Assembly (NCBI GenBank): GCA_028534125.1
Contig: CM052817.1
Span: 59,646,001-59,710,000 of the forward strand
Source: Lama glama
Lineage: Eukaryota
Direction: 5' to 3'
Length of the DNA stretch: 64,000 nt
Position 1 is the stretch's first letter. The number at the start of each line of letters is the position of its first letter. Under the pieces are notes generated by a model. The model was not told the origin of the DNA. It searched no databases and was given only the letters and a program-made list of their open reading frames with translations. The position numbers and the translations under genes are program-made. Shown piece by piece: positions 11,372 through 26,500 of the stretch.

Positions 11372-13679
11372 AATTCTACAAATACAATTGGTGGGAAACC
11401 TCTCTCCCTTCTTGGAAAAGCAGAGGCTTCAATTTATTTTTATTATAAAGTTGAAATCTTAGTCTCTATTTTACAACAAAGATTTAAGTCTTGAGATTGA
11501 CAAAAAAAGAGAAATAATTAAATATCATCTTTATTAATCATTTCTTAAGAGAAAATTTTTCTAAAATTTAGATGAATTTGTCTCCCTGAAACAGGTTTTT
11601 TGAAAAGATTTGTAGCATACTTCTATACCTAGATTTTAAAGACATTTTGTTTGTCCAGGTAGATAATAGCATTTTTATGTCTTTAGATGTTTATTATTCT
11701 GCTTTTTGATTTCTGATAATCACACTATATAGCCAACAACTCAATTATTCATCATCTTAATAACTTTTTACCTTTTTACTTTTGAAAATGATTTTATTAA
11801 TCAATTACCATTCTGTACATATTTATTTATTAAGTTTATTAAATAGTATTGATGATTTTACCCTTATACTCTGAAAAACACCTAGACAGCAGTCTTGATT
11901 CAATTGGAGGAGATAAAAGAAAAATGTTACGTCCTATAATAGGGAGTCTGTTCATTGAATGCCAGAATTTACCTTGATTATCCATCTCAGTTGTGGACTC
12001 CACTTCTTTGATCTATAGCAACTGGTAAAAAACTTGGTAAGAACTGCCTGGAATTCTTCCTGTAGGTTTTGGTAGCTATTATTCATTCACTGGCCTGAAA
12101 GACCAGAAGAAAGTTAGTGTTGTAACATAAATAGTCATATCTCTAAACATTTAAGAAATATTCCTTCCTTGTTAGGTAAATACCTCAATTCTAAGCCATC
12201 TAAGTCAAAATGAAAAAGATTCAAATTTTATTAAAGAAAAATTTTATGAGCAAGGCAGACAAAAAGTCCAAAATTGGAATATCATTTAAGAGATCATTTT
12301 TCAACCTGAATGATATGTTTTAACCTATATCTAAAAGTACATTAGTTTATTCCACATAAATCAGTACAAGTTGTTAGAATATCCTATTTTATAAAACTAT
12401 AGGGACATTCCCCTCTGGGATTTGAGGATGTTCATTTGGAAATTTAACCATTATATTAGGGAAAAAATTGCTCCTTTACCATAGTTACTAAAGAAACAAT
12501 ATCTTCCTTATTAAATTTATTTTTTAAATCATTACAAATAATTAATCATGTTAGTTATTTCCTTCTCATATAATCAGAACTAATGATTTTTTCTTAATTT
12601 ATGATAGAAATACTGTGCAAAAAGGAAAATGTCAACTATAATGATGCTGTTTGTCATGGTAAAAATATGGATCCAAATTTGAAGAAGAAATTATGTTTAA
12701 TGCATCAAAGCATGATCCTTCATGCAGGTTATAACATTTTTATTCATTAGATGTTTTAATGGTAAGGGGTTTTTCATTTGAAGCATGAAAAGAACTTAAG
12801 CTTGCACAACTATGAAGAAATGAATTCATGGTCATAATTGAAAATATATGTTCATTTGGTGGTGATAAACATGTAATAAGACATTGCCAACTTGCCTTTT
12901 CAGAAATCCAGTAAATTCTCTATGTGGTAATTGTGAGTAGGGCAGAATGTGCTTCTTTAACTCAATACTTACTTCCACAGGCCAGAAATCATTGGCAAAA
13001 AGTTCATTATTTCAAAAGGTGTGTGGAGAGTTGATGACTCGGATTGTAATAAAACTGGAAGATGGCTAATATTAACTTTTTTTTTCCTGATGATTCTTGG
13101 GATTGATGCTCAATTAAAGTAGAAAAAGAAATGTAAATGATTCATTCATTGAGAGCACATTAACATATTCAGTAAAGTTGTAACAATTTTTAAACTTCTT
13201 TAATTAATGAAAATATTTCTTAAGTTGTTTGATTAAATGTTTCATTTCTTTTGCTGTGGTTTTATGTTGGGGAGAGTAGGGAGGGTAGTAATTTTTTCTA
13301 GAAAATTCAAATGTTTTCCAGAAAACTCAATAGCCTCTGTTGAATTGCCCTTCCTAGTCAGTTAAAATTTTGATCACATTAAGTTAATAAGGAAGATATA
13401 TCAATCAAGATTAACGAAAGAAAAATCAATCATTCAAACTTCATTAGAAGCAGTGTTTGTTGATCTTATTGGAATGTCTCATTGGTTGTTGAATGACCTT
13501 GGCATTGTATTCATCCTCAAGCTTTTGAAATATTACAGTGATGAATAAGGTATCGGTTTTCATGCACTAAATATTATTTTTAAAGTCAGGTTTCTTAAGG
13601 CATAATTTATATGTAAGTAAGCCAACTTTTCTAGCTGTCCTTTTTGATGAGTTTTTACAAATACCCTATGATCACCCCC

Positions 13680-14484
13680 TGTGATATTGTGATTTATAAT
13701 AAAAAACATATACTTGGTCTTTTGTGTTATTGAGCCATTCTGGCACAGAGCTCCTAAAATCTCTGGAATTTCCTGAATTAAGAGCAATAAAGTTGTCTTT
13801 TATTATGTTAATGGTTGACTTTTGGAAAGCCCTTCAGTTACTTAAGAGGGCTGGTTGCCAGGGGAACCAACCAGGTGATTAGAGAGTTGGAACTTTCAGC
13901 AATCATCCCATCAGCCTCCAGGGAGGGGAGAGGGTTGAATGAGTGGCTTAAGGTCAATTATTTAATCTATTATGACTCAGTTCAGAAGCCTCCATAAAAA
14001 TCCAAAGGACACAGCGAAGAGCATCCAGGTTGATGAACTCATGGAGATTTGGGGAGAGGGCATGAAAGCTCCACATTCTTTCCCTGTATCTTGCCCTGTG
14101 CATCTTTTCCATCTGGCTTTTCCTGAGTTACATCTTTTTACAATATACTGGTGAGCTAAAAAGTAAACGGTTCCTCTGAGTTCTGTGAGCTGCTCTAGCA
14201 AATTATTCAAACCCAAGAAGGGCATCTTGGGAACCTCTGTTTTATTAACAGTTGATCAGAAGTACAGGTAACAACCTGGGCTTGCAACTGGTATCTAAAG
14301 AGTGTGTGTGTATGTTGGGGAGGCAGTCTTGAGGACTGAACCCTTAACCTGTGGAATCTGATGTTTTCTCCAGATAGATAGTGTCAGAATTGAGTTGAAT
14401 TGCAGGACACACAGCTGGAGTCCTGAGACTTGCTATTTGGTCTGGTGAACCCCTCTCCCACAAGGGGAATTGGTGCCAGAATAC
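13680..14484 (+). mobile_element. ERVL-class solo LTR, MER21-like
   Basis: Begins TGTGATATTGTGATTTATAATAA; contains TCTGGCACAGAGCTCCTAAAA, GGTGATTAGAGAGTTGGAACTTTCAGC, CTGAGTTCTGTGAGC and GATAGTGTCAGAATTGAGTTGAATTG. Confidence 0.85.
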
Positions 14485-15215
14485 TTATACCTCATTGAGA
14501 AAGAATATTTCTAGCATCCTCAAAAGATCCTGTATATTCCTTTGTAGATAGTTTTCTCTATCATTTCTAATTTGGGGAAACCATTGATATGATTTGTTTT
14601 TATAGTTTTATCTTTTCCCAAATGTCAATAGATCACACAATATATAGCCTTCTGTCTCTAGCTTCTTTCCCTTTGCATATGCTTTTGAGATTTTTTTTAT
14701 ACTGTTGCATGTTTTAGGAGTTTGTTTCTTTTTATTGATGAATAGCATTATATTGTATGAATGTACAACAGTTTGTTTAGCTATCCACTATTTTTCTGAT
14801 ATTTGGCTTGTTTCCAGTTTTGATCAGTTACATATAAATTAGCTTTAAATATTCATATCCAAGTCTAATCTTGGACGTGTGCTTTTATTTTTCTTAGGTA
14901 ACTTACATAATGAGATTGCTATGTCTAATGGAAATTGTATGTTTAACTTTATAAGAAACTGCTAAACTGCTTGCAAATTAGCTGCATCACTCTGCCTTTC
15001 TACCACCAATATATGGAATTTCTATCTCCACCACATCCTCACTAGCATTTTCTACAGCCCCTGTTTTTAAAATTTGAGCCTTTCTGACAGGTTTGTAGAA
15101 ATAGTTAATTGTTGTTTTAACTTGCATTGCCCTAATGAATAATAACATTGAACATATTTCCACAATTATTTGCCATTCATCTTTCTTATAAAGATTCTCT
15201 AAATATTTTGTCAAT

Positions 15216-17505
15216 TTTTTAATAGACTTTATTTTTAGAGCACTTTTAGGATCATAGCAATTCCTGTATACTCCCTAACCAACACATGCACAGCCTCCCC
15301 TACTATCAACATTGATACCACAATGATGTATTTGTTACAATACATGAAACTGCATATCATTATCATCCAAAGTACATAGCTTACATGAGGGTTCACTCTT
15401 AGTGTTGTACATGTTATGGGATTTACAATATATAATGACCTGTGTCATCCACTGTAGTATCCTACAGAGTAGATTCACCGCCTTAGAAATCATCTGGGTG
15501 CTCCTATTCATCCCTCCATCCCACCTACCCACTGGCAATCACTATTATTTTTACTGCCTCCATAATTTTCCCCCTTTCAGAATGTCATATAGTTGGGATC
15601 ATACAGTATGTAGTCTTTTCAGATTGACTTGTTTCAGTTAGTAATATTCATTTAAGTTTCCTTTATGTCTTTTCATGGCTTGATATTTCATTTATTTTTA
15701 GCACTGAATAACATTCCAATGTCTGTATGCACCACAGTTTATTTATTTGTCACCTATTGAAGGACACCTTGGTTGCTTCTAAGTTTTGACACTTATGAGT
15801 AAATCTTCTTTAAACGTCTATGTGCAGGTTTCTATGTAGAAAAAATTACAACTCATGCAAGGAGTGAGATTGCTGGAGCCTTTGGTAACAATGTGTTTAG
15901 TTTTTTTTTTTTAAGAAACCACCAAACTGTCTTCCAAAGTGGCTGTGCTATTTTGCATTCCCGCCAACAATGAATGAGTCTTCTTCTTGCTCCACATAAT
16001 CACCAGCATTTGGCATTGTCAATGTCTCAGATTTTTACCATTCTAATAGGTGTGTTGTGGTGTCTTATTGTTTTAATTTCATTTCCCTGATGACATTCAA
16101 TGAGGGACATCTTTTCATATACTTATTTGCCAACTGTGTGTTGTCTTTGTTGAGGTGTCTGTTAAGGTCTTTGGTCCATTCTTTAAATTGTGTGGTTTGT
16201 TTTTTATTATTGGGTTGTAAGTGTATATTGTTTTTAGATAAAAATCCATTATAAAATGTATCTTTTGCGAATAGTTTCTCCTACTCTGTGGCTTATCTTA
16301 TAATATCTTGAAGTTTTGTTTCATAGAGCATAAGCCTTTAATTTTAATAAAGTCTAACTCATCTGTGATTTATTCTATGGACTATGCCTTATGTCCTGCA
16401 TCTAAAAAGGCATCACCATAAACAAGGTCATCTAGACTTTTCTCCAATGTTATCTTCAAAGAGTTTTATAGTTTCACATTTTATATTTAGGTCTATGACC
16501 CAAGTTGATTTAATTTTTTTTGCATGCAGACATCCAGTTGTTTCAGAAATGTTTATTGAAGAGACTGTCTTTGCTCCATTTTATTGCCTTTGCTCCTTTG
16601 TCAAAAACTAATTGGCTATACTTATGGAGGTCTATTTCTGGGCTCTTTATTCCATTACATCATTAGATTTGTCTGTTCTTTCACCAATACCACATGGTTT
16701 TGATTTATTGTAAACTTAGATATTACAGTTGAGTAATTTCAGTACTCCACATTTGTTCTTCTCTTTCAATGTTATTTTAGCCATTCTGGTTTATTTAGTT
16801 TCCATATAAAATTTAGAATTACTTTGTCAATATTTTCAAAATAACTTACAGGGGTTTTGATTGGGATTGCATTCAATCTGTAGATCAAGTTGAGAAGAAC
16901 TGACATGTTGATGGTATTGAGTCTTCCTATCCATGAATGTGGATATCTCTCCATATTAGTTCTCTTTGATCTCTTCCGAGTTTTGTAGTTGTCTTCATAA
17001 AGATCTTGTACATTTTTAAAAATTTATAGCTAATGCATCAGTTTTTGAAGTTCTGATATAAATGTTATTGTGTTTGATTTTCAAATTCTACTTGTTTATT
17101 GCTAGTATAAGAAAGTGATTGACTTTTGTATATTAACCTTTAACTTGCAAACTTGCTGTAAAATTGCTTATTAATTCCAGGTTGTTTTCTCATGATTCCT
17201 TTGGGTTTCCTACATAGACAATCATGTTACCTGAAAACAAAGTTTTATTTATTTCTTCCCAATCTATATTTTTATTTTCTTTTCTTGTATTATTGAATTA
17301 GCTAGAACTTCCAGTATGATTTCGAAAAGGAGTGGTAAGAGGGGATATCCTTGTTTTGTTCCTTATCTTAGCAGCTTTTAGTGTCTGACCATTAAGCAGG
17401 ATGTCAACTCTAGGGTTTTTATAGATATTCTGTATAAAGTTGAGGAAGTTCCCCATTATACCTAATTTGCTAAGAGTTCTTATCATTAATAGGATTAGAT
17501 TTCAT
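15216..17505 (-). mobile_element. Nested L1MC-like element (3' UTR plus ORF2 C-terminal and RT remnants)
   Basis: Starts TTTTTAATAGACTTTATTTTTAGAGCA. ORF2 peptides SWIGRLNTINMSVLLNLIYRLNAIPIK (16772..16954) and RTLSKLGIMGNFLNFIQNIYKNP (17298..17486). Degenerate flanking repeat ATATTTTGT. Confidence 0.8.
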
Positions 17506-20500
17506 CATATTTTGTACATTTAAAAATTGAATTATTAGTCTTTAATTAGAAGAGATATTTGTATATTCAGGACACAAGTGTTTTTTGTTTTAATCACATT
17601 GTTTTGGTAAATACTTTCTCCCAGATGTGATTTGTCTTTCAATTTTTCTTTTAATATTAACAGCATCTTTAAAGGAGCACAGATTTTAATTTTAATGTAG
17701 TATTTTTGTTTGTTTGTTTCAAAGTTTGTGCACTTTGTGTCCAAAGAAATCTTTGCTTAACCCAAGCTCACAAATATTTTCCCCAAAGATTTCTTCTAGA
17801 AGTTTTGTATATTTAGATTTATATTTAGTTGCATAAACTCTTTTGCAAAAAATATTTTTACATGATGCAAGATAAAAGTTGAGTTCATTTTTTTGAATAT
17901 GGATATCCAAATTTTCCAGCATTATTTATTGAAAAATTATATTTTCTCCAATGAGTTACCTTAGTACCTTTTCAAATCAATTGAAAATTTATGCATAGGT
18001 TCAATCCTAGATTCTAATATGTTTCATTGACTTCTGTGTCTATCCTTATTTCAGTAACACATCATCCTTGTGACTGCAGCTTCACAGAAAGTCTTGTAAT
18101 TTTGCCAAGTGAGCATTTTCAAACTTATTCTTATTTTCCAAAGTTTTCTGTTGTTGTTTTGTTTCTTGCATAAACTTTAGTATCAGCTTTACTATTGTTT
18201 GGAATAACAGTATTTTATAAATCAACTTGGAATGAACTGAGATCTTAAGAATACTGAATTCTTTGATCCATAAACACAATATATATTGTTATATATTTGC
18301 ATCATCTTTAATTTCTGTCATCAAAGTTTTGTAGTTTTCATAGTAAAAGTCTTGCACGTATTTTGTTAGATTTGTACACAATTCATGTTTTTAATGTTGT
18401 TGTAAATTATATATTTGATTTTGCAATTGCTGTTTTATAAAATTACAATCAATTTTTGTATGTTGACTTTATATCCTACATCCTTACTGATAGCTTTAAT
18501 AGCCATTTTGTAGATGTTTGGTGGTTTTGTACAGGGATAATCATGTTTTCCATGAATAAATAAGTTTTATATCTTCCTTTGCAACCAATATGTATTTTTT
18601 CTTGCCTTATCGCACAATTTAAGTCCTCTAAAACACTGTTGAGTATAAATGAGAAGAGTAGATATGCTTGTGCCTTTGCAATGTTTGAGGGAAAGCATTA
18701 AGGCTTTAACCACTAAGTGTGATGTTAGATGTAGGATTTTCACAGGTGACTCTGATAAAGGTGAAGAAGGTCTATTCTATTCATGCTTGATTAAAGTTTT
18801 TCTTAAAAAGTGGATGTTGATTTATTTCAAATTATAATATATAATGCTATTATCATGTAATATCTTTTTTTTGTCTACTGATATGATGCATTTCATTGGT
18901 TGATATTGACTGATGAACCACTTCACATTCTTTGAATAAACTCTACTTGGTTATGATGTATAATCTTTTTGTGTATATTCCTGGGTATGCTTTGCTACTA
19001 TTTTGGTAAATATTTTTGTGCGTACTTTCATAGGGGATATTGATCTGTAGTTCTTTTCTTCCTTGTATTGTTTTTGCTTGTTTGGATATTGGGGTAATGC
19101 TGACCTCATAAAATGAATGGGTAAATGTTCTTTACTCTTCCATGTCCTTGTGAAGAGTTCATCTTATTTCCTAAATCTTTGGTACAATTCATCATCTGCT
19201 CCTGGGAATTTTCTTTGTGAGAAAGTTGGATTATGAGTTTAACTTCTGTAACAGATATGAGCTATGCACTTTACCTAATTCTTGAATGAGCTTTGGGAGT
19301 TTGTTTCTCTTAAGAAATTTGTTCATTGCTTGTATTTTCAAATAAAATTTATTGATACAAGGTTTAAAAGATAATATTCCCTGTTTTCTTTTAAATGCTT
19401 ATTGGATTTTAATAGTTCCCCTCTTAGATTTTTAACATTTGTAATGAAACATTTATATTTTCTTCTTTATCAGCATGGCTAGATGACTATCATTTTTTTT
19501 TAATCTTCTTCAAATAATCAGCTTTTAGTTTCATTGGTTTTCTCTTTTATTTTTTCCTGTTTTTTATTGATTTTTTTTTCATGGTATTTATTATTCCCTT
19601 ACTTCTTCTTCCCACAAATTTTGATATTTTGTGTCTTCACTTTATTCAATTCAAATATTTTTAAAATTATCTGTGTATTCCTTTTTGATTTGTGGATTGT
19701 TGGGAAATATTTTGTTTAATTTCCAAATATATTTCATTTTCCAAATGTCATTCTTCATTGATTTATAACATAATTTGCATGATTTTAATACTTTTAAATA
19801 CTTTGAAGTTTCCTTTATGGCCCAGAAAAATGTTCTATATTAGTATATCTTCCCTGGGCACCTGAAAAGAATGTATATTTTGCAGTTATTGAATGGAATA
19901 TTATATAAATGCCAGTTAAGTTAATTTGGTTGATAGTGATGTTCTGTATCACTGATTTCTGTCCACTGCTTCTATTGATTATGGATGGGCTGTGCTGATT
20001 TCTACAACTAAAATTGTGGATTTCTGTGCTTTTGTTTTATTAATACTTAAAGTATTTTGAAGTACTGTTGTGTCAGATTCATACACATTTGAGTTTGCTG
20101 TGTCTTCTCAAAGACTCAATACTTATTATTATGTAATGTTATTTATGACTGATTTATACTTCTTATTCTGAAGTCTACATTTTCTGCTATTAATATAATC
20201 ACTTCAGATTTCTTTTTATTAATGTTTTCAGGACATAGCCTTTTAAATCCTTTTATTTTAATCCTTTTATCTGTAGTGATATATTGAAAGTGGGTTTCTT
20301 ATAAAAAGCATAGAGTTAAGTTTTGATTTTTTAATCCATTTTGACAATTTCAACTGCTCTATTTAATCATTTACCTGTAAGTTATTCATTATCTCCATTT
20401 CTGGCTTAGTAGCTGTGGCTATTTTAAAATTGCTTTATTGATTGCTTTTTATTTTACAATATGAGATTTAACTTATCACAACATATCTTGAAAAAATATT

Positions 20501-23500
20501 GCACACTATAATTTAATTTTCTTCTCCCTACCTTTTGTGCTATTTTATACAATTTGCATCCACATTGGTTATAAATCTCATAACACCTTGCAATTATTTT
20601 TACTTTAAAAAGTAAATTGTCTTATAAGGAATTACAGGAGGGAAAAGAATGTATCTTTTACATTTCATCTCTATTTTACTACTCTGGTTCTTTTTCTTTC
20701 TATAAATCCCAATTTCTATCTGTATCATCTTTGTTCTTATGATTTCTAAAATTTATTGTAATGGAGGTCTTGAAATTATTAGCTTTGCTTGTCTGAAAAG
20801 TCTTTATTTTATCTTCATTTCGGAAAGATATTTTTGCTGGGTTTAGTGTTCTAACTCATGAATTCATTTTCTTTCAGTACTTTACAGATGTCACTCCATT
20901 GCCTTCTGGCTTGCATAGTTTTGATGGGAAGTATGCTGTAATTCTTATCTCTGTCCCTCAGTAGGCAATGTTTTCCTTTTTTTTTTTTTTTTTCCTGGTT
21001 GCTTTCAAGATTGACTCTTTACTTTTCTGTTTTTGCAGTTTAACTTTGATGTGTTTGTGTTTTGTACTTCTTTAATATCTTGCTTGGAATTCTCTTGAGA
21101 TTCTTCGATCTTTGGTTTATTGTATTTCATTATATTTGGAAATCTGTCATAATCTTTTCTAGTATTTCTTCTTCCCCTTTCTTTTTATTTTCCTCTATAG
21201 ATCAAAGCACACACATTAGACCATTTGATAGTGTCCTGAAGCTCCAACATGGTCTGCTCTGCTTTTTTAATTCATTTTTCTTTTTATATATTATTTTGGA
21301 TAATTTATATTTACTTACTTTTAAGTTTACAAATTTCTTCCTCAGATGTGTCAAAAGCATTGTAGTAATTTTTTATCTTTGATAACATGTTTTGGAAGGG
21401 TAAGTGGATATTATTTGACATTTTTTTTAATAGTTTCCATCTTTCTTTTGAAATTTCTCATGTTTCATGTATGTTCTTTACCTTTGCTTTTACCACTATA
21501 TCCTTTAATACATTAAAGGGTAGCTATTATAAAGGCTCTGACTGATAGTTCCAACATCTTGGTAATATCTCAATCTACTTCTGTTGATTGCTTTATCTCT
21601 AAAAAAATAGCCTTTTTTCTTACTATTTTATTTGTCATACAATTTTAGAATGAATATTGAACATTGTCAATTGAAGAACACCAGAGCCTGAGATTAAGAG
21701 TATTTATAGCTGGAAATGAATACTATTCTTCTTCTGTTACAAAGGTGGTAAATGATTCAATTGAGTTTGGGTTTTATTGTTGATAGTGTTAAGAAGTTCC
21801 TTCAAGTTCCTTCAGTGGTGGGGTGCCTGAACCATGTACTTAGGGTGAGTCTCTTGATGCTATAGGGTTTTTTCAGTTTTTCTGCTTCATCTTCATCTTT
21901 CAGAATCTGTTGTATGACTGTGCCAAATAGTGGTTCTTTCTTCACATTTTTTTTCTCTACCAGTAATGGTCTTCTGTTGCTTGTTCCTCAGTGCTAGGCT
22001 CGTGGTGGGGGCAGGGAGTGGGTTTTTTCGTTCTTCTGGTGAAAGCTCAGTTGTAGACAACAGCTGTGTCCTTGAGGGTCAGGAAGGGGGCCTTGGTATT
22101 CTTCTTGTTTTGCTAATCTCAATGACTGAAGTATTCAGACTTGCATCCGTCGAGGTTCTTAAACAAGAGAGATTTTGCTCCTCTTTGCTCCTAGCAATAA
22201 CACATCTCTGCCTTATAAAGACACAAGATTATGACTCAAAAAGGTTTTGTTGTCTATCCCCCAGTGGCAGAAAGTTTTGATTCTATCACTCTCCCAGAAC
22301 CAGTGATCTTTTCTTGGTTTCGAATGTCAGAAAGCAGAGCTTACTAACCCTTCCACAGAAGCTGATGAGTTTTGCTTATACACAAACATTGGATCTTTGC
22401 CTGGTCCCTGGTTGCAAGACAGTTTGCTGTCCCTCAGCAGCTGAAAGCATTTTTCTTCCTAGTGAGAAGACCCCAGGGAAGAGGGCCATATTTTGAAGTT
22501 GTTCCTCAAAATACGTGTGTAGCAGTTATGGGGTATTTCTGGTGTCCTGTCCTGCTCTCATTCTTTCCCATGAGCCTCTCCGTGTATCCATAGAAAAGAG
22601 CTAATGAATGAGTGCCAACCTCCCTCGTGTCTGATGCTCTTATTCATTCTAAATTTTTATGCTACCACAAATTCACCCTTTAGGAATTTATTTTAAAATT
22701 TGCTGATTTCTTCCTAACTGCTGCTCAGATTTTCCCTCTGTGCTCTGCCAAAGCGAAGCAGTTTTGTGCCCCGTCTCACGTTAGAGGTGCTTTCCACTCT
22801 TTGGAACTTAGTATACTTTGTTGTCTCACCACTGCTGTCTGATGAGTTCAAGGAAAATTATATTTTCATAGATCATTCACTACTTTCTTATCGTTAGGAT
22901 CAGAGCAGTGCTCTCCTTTGGCTTTGTATATTCTAAGCAGAAATGGAAATCTATAAAACGTTGTTAAAAGAAAGCATGTTTATTGTTGAGTGATATATTT
23001 TCCTTCATCATAGAAGTTCAAAATAGACAGACGAAATTCCTGGTATAGCACAAAACAGAATCTCTCCTCAGATATGACATACCAGCCTACCAATCTGCAA
23101 TCTGGCTAATATAACCATCCACATATACAGGGGGAAAAAAGAAAACAAAAATATTTATATTTGGAAAATAGGAAATGGATTGCAGCAGTATAGCAAAGAA
23201 TGTTCATTCTGTGCATAAAAAGAAGAATTGACAGTTATATAAGTCTGAAATAGTCTGGGTTAAATACAGGTTAATAATCTGTTACCCAGAAACCTCTCCA
23301 TGTTTTTAATATAACGTGCACTATAGATCTCTATGAAGAAAAATCTATTTATCTTTTTGCAATCTTAAGTGGCCACTAAATCTCCCCCTTTTTTTTTCCC
23401 AAGAACAAAGTATTCCATACAGCACAATGTAGGAAATACTGGATCAGATATTTTTAACTGCATATGCATTAAAAATGTTAATATTGTTTCATTTTCACAA

Positions 23501-26500
23501 TTTTGCTGTTGTGTTTAATTCTTTATGGTTTAACTCTATCTTTACAAGAAATTTTAAAATGTGATAAAGCAGCAGAGTGTAAAAAAGGTATGAAACCAAG
23601 TGTTGACAACATGACTAGTTTTATATTAGCAAACTTTAGATAAATTCTATCATATCTAATATAAAATTTATATTATATTATATGAATTTTCTTTAGTCAT
23701 ATAAAATATACTGCAAATAAGTCAAGTTAAATTTGAGCAGAGATTAATATTTAGGCTTCTGTTGCTGAGATAATTTTTTATCATCATCTTCCAAACAACC
23801 CTTTCAAAACACCTTCCCTCTTTTCCACACAGATAACCTCTTTCCATACTGTAAACAAAGGACTGATAAATAGGTGAAATACTCTTGTGAACAGACCACT
23901 TTGATACCTCTGTAATCTGTTTACTTTGTAAGGAGTCAAGATGTTCTTGCTTTATGGTGCATGAGTTAAATTCCACAATATTTTCAAATATTCACTTAAT
24001 CCTTTCATTCACTTATTAGTAGATTCATTCATTCAGAATTAAATATTTAGATTCACCACCAATTTGCAGGACCAACAAGGAATAAGGATTTTATTGTGAA
24101 TCTATACTGATCATGTACTCCACGCACCAAAAAGCAAAATTAAATGTTTACAGATTTTTATCACTACTTTGAAAACTCCTCTAAAGCCAATATGTGCATG
24201 TATAAATGACTGAATATTGACCAAGCTTTTGTTTCTTTATTTAAATTTTTGACCCTGGTAAGTGCTGTAAAATACAATATATTTTAAACTGCAGCACATT
24301 GAACAAGCACAAATTGTGCCCGAGCTACTTCTGTGCCTGGAGAAATATGTTTCAACAGAAACAGTTATTTTCAGAATTAAAATGGTTAATCACGGGAAGA
24401 TAATAAAATCTGATTTTTAAGGGTCAAATAATAATTGATATTTATTAGAGTTGACATCATGCATTTCTTTTTGTTTTTGATTCATTTGTTAGATTTTTGC
24501 TTCAAATGATATGCCACACCAGAAAGATCAATCATATAATTGATAGACAATTTCTACATCCCATGGCCAAGTGAAATTCCTTAACTCAAGATATATAAAA
24601 TATTTCTCTTTAGTAAAAGGAAATTGCTGGATTAGCCTCATTTTTGAAACTTTAATATTTACACCAAAAATTTGAATGACATAATAATACATCACAATGT
24701 TCTAATTATCATTTAACATAGGATTAAGTGACATATTATTAAAGATTGTTCTATTGGTAATTAACTCCTCAGTAACTAATAAACTCAAAGATGTGAATAA
24801 AGCAGATATTATAAGAGCATGATAATACTTATTATTCCTATGTGAAAGCTTTAGAAGAAACAACACTTTAGAAAATTGAGTTACCTAAAAAAAATCACTT
24901 AAAATATAAAATTTACTTAAATACAGTAATTAATAGTACTAAATATAGTAAGTAATGAATTGAGACATTTCAAAAAGTAAGCCGACTAAATCTACATCAA
25001 GCATGGCTGCCATCTTGTGGGGACAAGATATAATGTAGTGAGGGGGCCAACCTCAACAAAGTGCCCCTGTTGCATTGCAAGTCATCATTTGACTTCCATC
25101 CACCAATTGTTTGATGTTTAATATTGCTATCCCAATTAAAATTCCACATCAATATCCAGGCAGAGGAGATAAGAGGTCTAAACTAAAAGAGGTCCACTGA
25201 TACATATAATTGAATTCTTGCTACTAAAAGTTCAATAATATAAGAACAATGGAAAAACTTTGAAATTCAAAGTTTTGACTTGAATTAACTTTAGTAGTAG
25301 ATGAGTTTGGTGAATGTTCACATTAAAAAATTATCAATCAATCTATTTGCAGAATTTGTTTGGAATTTATATCTCATTGAGTTAGGAGAAGACATGACAT
25401 TGTCCTGACAGGGCAGCCTTACAGATTTATGGAAAACTTCCAAAGGGAGGAAAGAAGGGATTTAGAGCTTAAAGTGAAGGGAAGGAAGGAAGGAAGATAA
25501 GAAGGAAGGAAAGGGATATTACGTATTCTCAAAGATAAGATTTGTACTAGGGCCATCGCAGGTAAAACAGTTTGGCAAAATAGAAAGTGGTGAGTCAGTG
25601 CAAGGTTAACCTGAAAAAAAAAAAAAAAGACATAGTATACCCAATGTGAGTAAATTGTATAGGAATACGTGATATAATGACTTTCTTGAAGCATATTTAG
25701 AAGTCAAAAAATGAGTTTTCTAAGTTCAAATATTTCATCAATTACCAGTACAACTTCTGAGACCTAATTTCCCATTCTTTTCTAGAAAACCTGGCATTAA
25801 ATAAAAGAGGCCCTAAATTCACATTGAGTTCTGAACTTCTCTGATCTACTGAGTATACAAGATATATTTTCAGCTTCTGAAACAAAACAAAAATTCCTTT
25901 TACACTTCTCAATTATGATTTTACAGTTATTATTTGTTATTGCCTGCATATAGGTAGTCAGTTATCACCCTCTTACAGTTTTCCTTCCATATTCATGTTA
26001 AAGTTGTCATATATTTAGAATCATTTGTGTACCTAACTGTATTTATAATACTGATGACACAATTATAGCAAATCAGAAAAAATGATCAAAATGCAGTATA
26101 TTCCATTTTCCTCTGATATTCTTTCTAAGCTAACTTTTCTCCTAATTTTTAAATATGCTGTCTCATAAATTTACAGATAATTATACTAAAACAAAGTAAA
26201 TCTCCAGTCATTGAATATTATTCCCAAAATCTTTCCATTAAAAAAATTCTACTTTGCATCTTACAGCTATTAGGATTATCTACCATTTCTTCAAATTATT
26301 GATATTCACATCACAACTAATGGCTGAATTGATAGGCTTCACTTAGAAAAAATAAAATAATAAATCATAGTTCACTTATTCAAAAAAATTAATCACTGGT
26401 TATAAAATTTTAGTGAATGAAAGCTGTTTTTCCCCCCAAATACGCTATAATGTCACAAAGTTTTTAATTTTAGTATAGCAAGCCATTTCTATAGGATAAT

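Larger units (their letters stand above)
13575..22950 (-). mobile_element. Long, nearly full-length ancient L1 (L1M class), interrupted by an LTR and by another L1
   Basis: Continuous T-rich L1-like sequence. ORF2 remnants at 17719..17922 and 18082..18279 (-). 3'-UTR-like sequence lies on the left and a more GC-rich 5'-end-like region at ~21800-22950. Confidence 0.75.

Noticed and set aside
16772..18279. L1 ORF2-like peptides as an active reverse transcriptase gene
   Set aside because: They are short, frameshifted, highly diverged remnants.
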